Origin: a virus
Taxonomy: Duplodnaviria; Heunggongvirae; Uroviricota; Caudoviricetes
Length of the DNA stretch: 64,000 nucleotides
Virus record (IMG/VR): IMGVR_UViG_3300045988_145627
Location: 1-64,000 of that record
Strand: one strand, 5' to 3'
A program made the position numbers and the translations under genes. The notes beneath the pieces are model-generated. The model did no database searches, was not told where the DNA came from, and saw only the letters and a list, made by a program, of their open reading frames with translations. Shown here in pieces: positions 58,820 to 64,000 of this stretch; the first letter of the stretch is position 1, and the number at the start of each line of letters is the position of its first letter.

Positions 58820-59893
58820 ATGGCAAAAGGAAAATCCGCACTGGCACTTGCTCTGAAAAAGAAAATCGGTAGCAACGACGAAATTCAGAAAGTAACTCAT
58901 TGGATTGATACAGGCTTTCCACCGTTAAACAAAGCTATTTCTGGTCGTTACGATGGCGGCTTCCCATGTGGTCGTATCGTCGAAGTATTCGGTCCTCCAA
59001 GTGCAGGGAAAACGTTCCTTGCAACAGCAGCGATGATCTCCGCTCAAAAACAAGATGGTCTGGCGGTATTCCTCGATCATGAAAACAGTTTTGACGTTGG
59101 CCTGGCTGTAGCCAATGGCCTGAACGCAGATGAGGATGACGGTCAGTGGGTATACAAGCAGCCTGACACCTTCGAAGACTCTGTAGAGTTGATCGGCACA
59201 ATACTTAAATTGGTACGTGATGAAGAGCTTATCCCTGAATCAGCACCTATCTGTATCGTGGCTGACTCACTTGCGTCTATGGTTCCGAACTCCAAAGCCG
59301 AGAAGTTCGAAAAGATGGCTGAAGGCACTGCCAAAGACAAAGATCAGCTAAACATGAACGACAATACGGCACTGGCTCGTGCGACAAGTGCGAACTTCCC
59401 TACTCTGGCTTTGTGGGCACGCAAATACAACGCCTGCATCATCTTCTTGAATCAGGTTCGCACAAAAATCGGTGTAATGTTTGGCGACCCTACTACGTCG
59501 CCAGGTGGAGATTCACCGAAGTTCTACGCTTCTGTACGTATCCGTCTTGGTGCATCGGTGATGAAGGATGGTAAAGAGAAGATCGGCCAGGACGTAGGCG
59601 CAGAATGCATCAAAAACAAAGTTGCACCACCGTATGGCAAATGCACCTGGAAATTCTACTTCGATCCTACTCGTGGCCTCGACGTTATCGAATCGCTCGT
59701 CGAGTACATGCTGGAAGAAGGATACCTGCCAAAGAACGCCAGCGGGCGAGTTGAAATTGGTGACAAGAAATACACCAAATCGCAGATCGTCGAGATGTAT
59801 CGGGAGAAGCCACTGGCTGAAATCATTGCGGCTTTGCAGGCAATCGACGACCGAAGAGCAAAAGACAACCCCACCGAGTCAGTAGAAGAGTAA
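58820..59893 (+). CDS. RecA-family recombinase
   Basis: Walker A region RIVEVFGPPSAGKTFLA; RBS aaaggag. Confidence 0.75.
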   Translation: MAKGKSALALALKKKIGSNDEIQKVTHWIDTGFPPLNKAISGRYDGGFPCGRIVEVFGPPSAGKTFLATAAMISAQKQDGLAVFLDHENSFDVGLAVANGLNADEDDGQWVYKQPDTFEDSVELIGTILKLVRDEELIPESAPICIVADSLASMVPNSKAEKFEKMAEGTAKDKDQLNMNDNTALARATSANFPTLALWARKYNACIIFLNQVRTKIGVMFGDPTTSPGGDSPKFYASVRIRLGASVMKDGKEKIGQDVGAECIKNKVAPPYGKCTWKFYFDPTRGLDVIESLVEYMLEEGYLPKNASGRVEIGDKKYTKSQIVEMYREKPLAEIIAALQAIDDRRAKDNPTESVEE

Positions 59894-59898
59894 ACACA

Positions 59899-59923
59899 AG
59901 GCGTCCACAGGACGCCTTTTTTA
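59899..59923 (+). terminator. intrinsic terminator (GGCGTC/GACGCC family)
   Basis: AGGCGTCC-acag-GACGCCT followed by TTTTTT. Confidence 0.75.
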
Positions 59924-59985
59924 TCTCTTGAAAATATATAAGCACTTACTTATTATTTTCGCATAACAACCACATAGGAAAACAC

Positions 59986-60186
59986 ATGATCAAAATCTAT
60001 CTATTGGCAGTAGCCACAGGCCTTTCAGTGGCTCTCATCTACGGTTTACTGGTTCCGTCGCTGATTTCTACCAAGAGTGATTTAGCCGTCATGTTTGGAG
60101 TTATCGTTGGTTTTGGTGCTCCTGTAATCGGTCTTATTGCTGGTCGTAAGTTTATCAACTCATTAATCAAAGCAAAGGGGAAATAA
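59986..60186 (+). CDS. small two-TM membrane protein with basic C-terminus
   Basis: IYLLAVATGLSVALIYGLLV and VMFGVIVGFGAPVIGLIAG helices, C-terminal RKFINSLIKAKGK. Confidence 0.45.
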   Translation: MIKIYLLAVATGLSVALIYGLLVPSLISTKSDLAVMFGVIVGFGAPVIGLIAGRKFINSLIKAKGK

Positions 60187-60189
60187 GTA

Positions 60190-61020
60190 ATGAAGAAAGG
60201 TTTACTTGCAGTTGCTCTGGCGGCTATTTGCACAATGGGTCTTACTGGCTGTGATCGCGTGGAGCCTGGATACGTTGGCATCAAAGTAAACAAATTAGGT
60301 GAAGACAAAGGGATTGGTGAAGTGGTTGGCGTTGGTCGCCAATGGACAGGTCTTAACACCGAACTTTACGTATTCCCGACCTTCAAACAAATGAAGACCT
60401 ACGACGAGCCGTTCACATTCCAGATGAGTGACGGTACTGCTATTGGTCACAAAATTGGCGTTGCGTATCTGGTTAATCGTGACAAGGTAACGACGGTGTT
60501 CCAGACCTATCGCAAAGGCGTAGACGATATCACCGAATCAGATCTGCGTCAGAAAATTGCCGACTCTCTAAACCGTTTGGCCAGCCGTATGACCACTGAC
60601 TCATTTATCGACGGTGGTAAGGCACAATTGCTGGACAACGCACTGAAAGATATTCAGAAAGAGATGTCTCCGGTTGGTATTGAGGTACTGAGCCTGTCAT
60701 GGGTTGGAAAGCCTGATTACCCAAAAACTGTCATTGAATCTATTAACGCCAAAGTAACGGCTAACCAGCGTACTCTGCAACGTCAGCAGGAAGTTGAACA
60801 ACGTAAAGCTGAGGCGAATATGCTACGTGAACAGGCTAATGGTGAAGCTGATGCTATCCGTGCTCGTGCGCAAGCAGAAGCAGACGCCATTCGTCTGCGC
60901 GGTGAAGCTCTGCGTCAAAACCCGAACGTTATGGAACTGGAAGCCATCAATAAATGGAATGGCCAGTTACCGCAGTACATGACTCAAGGGGCTAACACTC
61001 CTTTCATTACAGTGAAATAA
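60190..61020 (+). CDS. SPFH/Band-7 domain lipoprotein
   Basis: Lipoprotein signal ...MGLTGC; SPFH-like VEPGYVGIKV start; C-terminal coiled coil QRKAEANMLREQANGEADAIRARAQAEADAIR. Confidence 0.65.
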   Translation: MKKGLLAVALAAICTMGLTGCDRVEPGYVGIKVNKLGEDKGIGEVVGVGRQWTGLNTELYVFPTFKQMKTYDEPFTFQMSDGTAIGHKIGVAYLVNRDKVTTVFQTYRKGVDDITESDLRQKIADSLNRLASRMTTDSFIDGGKAQLLDNALKDIQKEMSPVGIEVLSLSWVGKPDYPKTVIESINAKVTANQRTLQRQQEVEQRKAEANMLREQANGEADAIRARAQAEADAIRLRGEALRQNPNVMELEAINKWNGQLPQYMTQGANTPFITVK

Positions 61021-61036
61021 CTCCCCTAAAAAGTTC

Positions 61037-61062
61037 AGGCGTCCAGTTGGACGCCTTTTTTA
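61037..61062 (+). terminator. intrinsic terminator (GGCGTC/GACGCC family)
   Basis: AGGCGTCCA-gt-TGGACGCCT followed by TTTTTT. Confidence 0.75.
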
Positions 61063-61111
61063 TCGCAATTATCTTATTAAGAAAACAATTTGTTTAAAAG
61101 AATAAGAAAAC

Positions 61112-61537
61112 ATGACAGCTATTAAGAAACTCTACGATGCCGCAAACGTGGCTCTGGATGTTATTGATGATGAAGCAGCAAAAGGCTTTCCTGAACCTGA
61201 TTGGGCGCATCAGCTACGAAACGCTATCGCCGAAATGAATCCACCAGATCCGAGCACCGACGAGACAGACTGGCAGCGATTTATCCGTATGTACGCTCAG
61301 GAAATAGGTCCAACGCCAACGGCAGAGCAAGCAATGCTGCTGAAATACTTCAAAGAGGCGGGAGAGGATTTACCAATTGATGACTCAGCATATTGGTTCC
61401 ACTGCGCATGGCGTAAGTATGACGTGATATTCACACAAGGCATGGGGAGCAAAGATATGGTTGTGTGGCATCTACTCCATATAGACACAGCCGTTGACAG
61501 AGTTATTGAACAGTTTTTCCCTAAACAAGAAGATTGA
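61112..61537 (+). CDS. hypothetical protein
   Basis: 141 aa ORF preceded by AAACAATTTGTTT palindrome. Confidence 0.4.
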   Translation: MTAIKKLYDAANVALDVIDDEAAKGFPEPDWAHQLRNAIAEMNPPDPSTDETDWQRFIRMYAQEIGPTPTAEQAMLLKYFKEAGEDLPIDDSAYWFHCAWRKYDVIFTQGMGSKDMVVWHLLHIDTAVDRVIEQFFPKQED

Positions 61538-61592
61538 TCGCCTATTCATAACTAACAAAATAAGTAAACACTAACCACAAAAGGAAAAACAC

Positions 61593-61868
61593 ATGAGAGT
61601 TTTAGTTCGAATCGTTACCAGCACTGTCTATGACGTGTTTCCGCTTTTTATGGTCAAAGCCGATGGCCTTAACGACGAAGAAACTGACGCGCTGATCCAG
61701 CGTATTCTCGTTGAATATACAGGTCATGACGCTGATTCAGTGATGGTTGATGATGATGGTGTTTGTTGGCATAACGGCAACTGTTGGTACGTAGAAGAGA
61801 CTCAACAAATCAGTGATGAAGATGCCGCACATCTTGAGCGTATTTTAAGCATCAGCACTTTTGAGTGA
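61593..61868 (+). CDS. hypothetical acidic protein
   Basis: 91 aa ORF with RBS aaagga. Confidence 0.4.
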   Translation: MRVLVRIVTSTVYDVFPLFMVKADGLNDEETDALIQRILVEYTGHDADSVMVDDDGVCWHNGNCWYVEETQQISDEDAAHLERILSISTFE

Positions 61869-61910
61869 GTTTACAGTAAATTTATATAAATAAGTTAGTA
61901 TCTACCTATC

Positions 61911-62090
61911 ATGAAGATTTTTATTGAATACTTGTTACTCATCGTTTCAATAGCTTTTGTCATCGACTGCATTTTCACCGGTGTCATTCGTAAAGTCTTT
62001 TCCCCGGTGAACGACGTAGTCATAAACGCTTTGGCTATCGTGCTCGTATTTAATTCAGCATTTGATGTAATCAAAGAGGTGGCAGCATGA
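61911..62090 (+). CDS. small hydrophobic protein (59 aa), putative
   Basis: Below track cutoff; hydrophobic IEYLLLIVSIAFVIDCIF; stop overlaps next start (ATGA). Confidence 0.3.
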   Translation: MKIFIEYLLLIVSIAFVIDCIFTGVIRKVFSPVNDVVINALAIVLVFNSAFDVIKEVAA

Positions 62091-62422
62091 AGGCCATCCC
62101 ATTCGCGCTGTTGTTCCTTTCTTCGATCGTTGTGGCCGACACCACTGTTTATCAGTGTGAAATGTCTGTAGCCGACGTTAAGAATGGCGCTCTTACCGAC
62201 GTCATAAAAGCACCATATGGAGCGATGGTCGTAGACAGCGGCGACCAGTTCTATGTTGTGCGTGACGATCGAGTGTTGTCATCCCCATATCTCACAAATC
62301 GTAATGGCAAATTAACCGGCGTCGGAGAAGACCACTTCGTATACAACAAATACAAGGGCTTCTATGGTGTTCACGCTTCTCAGCAAAGCTACCTTTTCGA
62401 TGACTGCAAGGAGGTTGGATAA
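62087..62422 (+). CDS. small secreted protein
   Basis: Signal peptide MKAIPFALLFLSSIVVADT, two Cys. Confidence 0.4.
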   Translation: MKAIPFALLFLSSIVVADTTVYQCEMSVADVKNGALTDVIKAPYGAMVVDSGDQFYVVRDDRVLSSPYLTNRNGKLTGVGEDHFVYNKYKGFYGVHASQQSYLFDDCKEVG

Positions 62423-62634
62423 TGGCATTAACACTGGCAGGTCTGGAAATCGAGAAAACAAGCGGCTACTGGCGTGCTAAGGGTTTCAAGCAGCCTGGCA
62501 TTCTTGAGCGTCTGGAACGTGAAGATGGGTATATCGTCCACCAGCGGCGTGAATGGCGTATGTACGATCCAGAAACAGGAAAACTGACTACAAAAGCCGG
62601 AACACTTTGGGGTCTGTTAAAGAAAATACACTAA
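62422..62634 (+). CDS. hypothetical small protein
   Basis: 70 aa, start overlaps previous stop. Confidence 0.35.
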   Translation: MALTLAGLEIEKTSGYWRAKGFKQPGILERLEREDGYIVHQRREWRMYDPETGKLTTKAGTLWGLLKKIH

Positions 62635-62682
62635 ATGCAAACTGACTGCGGCACGTTCCGCAGTCATATTTCATAGTCGTCA

Positions 62683-63214
62683 CCGCTGACAGCATACACA
62701 ATCAACTACCGCTGATAGCATATCGAGAGTCTATCTCACCGCTCACAGCATACTTTACTCGATTTTTTACCGCTGACAGCATACTTAAGACATTGCATGA
62801 ATAATGTGTACCGGTATGGGTATAACCAGAACAAAATTACCGCTGGCAGCATACGAAGGTCTGACATATACCATTAATTACCGCTGATAGCATATCCAAA
62901 CAAAAATTCCTCAATAAAACACCGCTGACAGCATACGTTCTATCAGGGAGCAGCAGGCAATAAATGCCTTTCACTACAAGCAATCAGCGCAATAGCAATA
63001 GAATGTTAGTGAGCGCAAACCTATATGGAATGCACTCTTCGAGGTTAGTAACCACTGGGGAGGTATGACAGAGCATTGAGTGGTGATAGATGATTTACCG
63101 CCCACAGCATACGTTCATCTCACTATACCGCTGGTAGCATATCTTTAACCGTTCACAGCATACTTTTCAGAAAAATAGCCGCTGATAGCATACATTTCAC
63201 CGCTGACAGCATAT
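62683..63214. repeat. iteron array: 12 direct copies of 15-bp CCGCTGA(C/T)AGCATA(C/T), putative plasmid replication origin
   Basis: Copies at 62683, 62709, 62739, 62770, 62840, 62881, 62922, 63098, 63128, 63149, 63179, 63200 in two clusters; adjacent to rep-like gene. Confidence 0.85.
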
Positions 63215-64000
63215 CAAAGCAGTTTGAGACTATTGGAAAGGATCTCAATCATCTTGATATTTTCAGGCGTCAAATTCTGCGAAAGTTCGGTTATCTTGTT
63301 GATAATGTTCTGTTTGGCATCAATTTCCCCAGCTTTCTCATCTAGTTTTTTGGGTTCGATGTCTTCAGGTTTTGGCGGTGCGACTTTGAGTTTTGGATTG
63401 CGGCTGTGAATCTGGATATAGATCGACCGCCCTCGTTTAATCTCGCTGTATTCGAGATAACCCAAATCTTGGAGAGCTTTTAAGCCGTTGCGTATAGTCT
63501 GATTCTGCGAGCTGACATTCCTGCTACTCAAATTGAGTCGCGCACGCAATCGAGCAAGCGACACCGGCGCAGGCTTGGTTGGAAGACTTTCGATGAAGGT
63601 GTACAGAGCCTGTGCTGTTTCTTTGCGTGGTAGCTTATTGATAACCTTTAACTGCAAAAGAACCTTATGGTCAAAGCGATATAGTTCGGCCAGCTTCGGT
63701 TCTGCATAGAACACCACCGTATCTTTCTGCTCGTTGTAGTCCACGCTATTGATGAGGTGCACCATCAGAAGCGAGATCTTGTTAGAGCCGTCGACGTTCT
63801 TTTCTTCATACGTTCTCTGGAAAGACAGAGTTGTACGCATGATCTTCAAAAGACTGTTTGTAAGCCGGTCGCGGAGTGTTTTGCGGATCTGTGACGATGG
63901 ATAGCCACAAAACTTCGCAAATTTCGTGATGCTTAACTCGACACGACCGTTAGGTTCGCCGTATTCTGCCAGCGAACGCACAACGCCCACCCACGTTTTG
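63214..64000 (-). CDS. replication initiator (iteron-binding Rep-like, winged helix), 5' end may lie beyond window
   Basis: ORF open to window edge; basic Lys-rich N-terminus and helix-rich LPRKETAQALYTFIESL segment; abuts iteron array. Confidence 0.6.
   Translation of the reverse strand, partial: KTWVGVVRSLAEYGEPNGRVELSITKFAKFCGYPSSQIRKTLRDRLTNSLLKIMRTTLSFQRTYEEKNVDGSNKISLLMVHLINSVDYNEQKDTVVFYAEPKLAELYRFDHKVLLQLKVINKLPRKETAQALYTFIESLPTKPAPVSLARLRARLNLSSRNVSSQNQTIRNGLKALQDLGYLEYSEIKRGRSIYIQIHSRNPKLKVAPPKPEDIEPKKLDEKAGEIDAKQNIINKITELSQNLTPENIKMIEILSNSLKLL

Noticed and set aside
62683-63214. Repeat array considered as a CRISPR array
   Set aside because: Repeats are only 15 bp, spacers are short and irregular, there are no cas genes, and the array abuts a Rep-like gene, so iterons are the better reading.

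Overview
This 64-kb window reads as a nearly continuous segment of a siphovirus-type phage-plasmid (an extrachromosomal prophage), with gene content reminiscent of SSU5/pHCM2-like elements of Enterobacteriaceae; that resemblance is inferred from gene content only, since no database search was possible. On the plus strand it carries an ATPase/GNAT operon, terminase, portal, scaffold, capsid, Ig-like decoration protein, a lambda-like tail module (tape measure, M/L/K/I/J homologues with recognisable motifs), a long repeat-rich tail fibre and a lysis cassette with overlapping spanins. Downstream are a ParA/ParG-like partition pair, a replication block (DnaB-like helicase, primase, ATP-dependent ligase, vWA/AAA pair, Pol III alpha, gp32-like SSB, 5'-3' exonuclease, RecA-like recombinase), a tRNA-Ser plus a degenerate tRNA-Asn-like element, a tyrosine recombinase, an XRE repressor, and at the right edge a 12-copy iteron array beside a Rep-like gene. 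The strongest candidates for an undescribed system are three visibly A+T-rich accessory islands (32967-34134, 43549-44883, 54842-55840), the ATPase/GNAT/wHTH operon at the left edge, and an SPFH-lipoprotein cassette bracketed by near-identical terminators. Several recurring intergenic motif families were also found. All calls rest on reading the sequence and the ORF track; coordinates of starts are approximate where noted.
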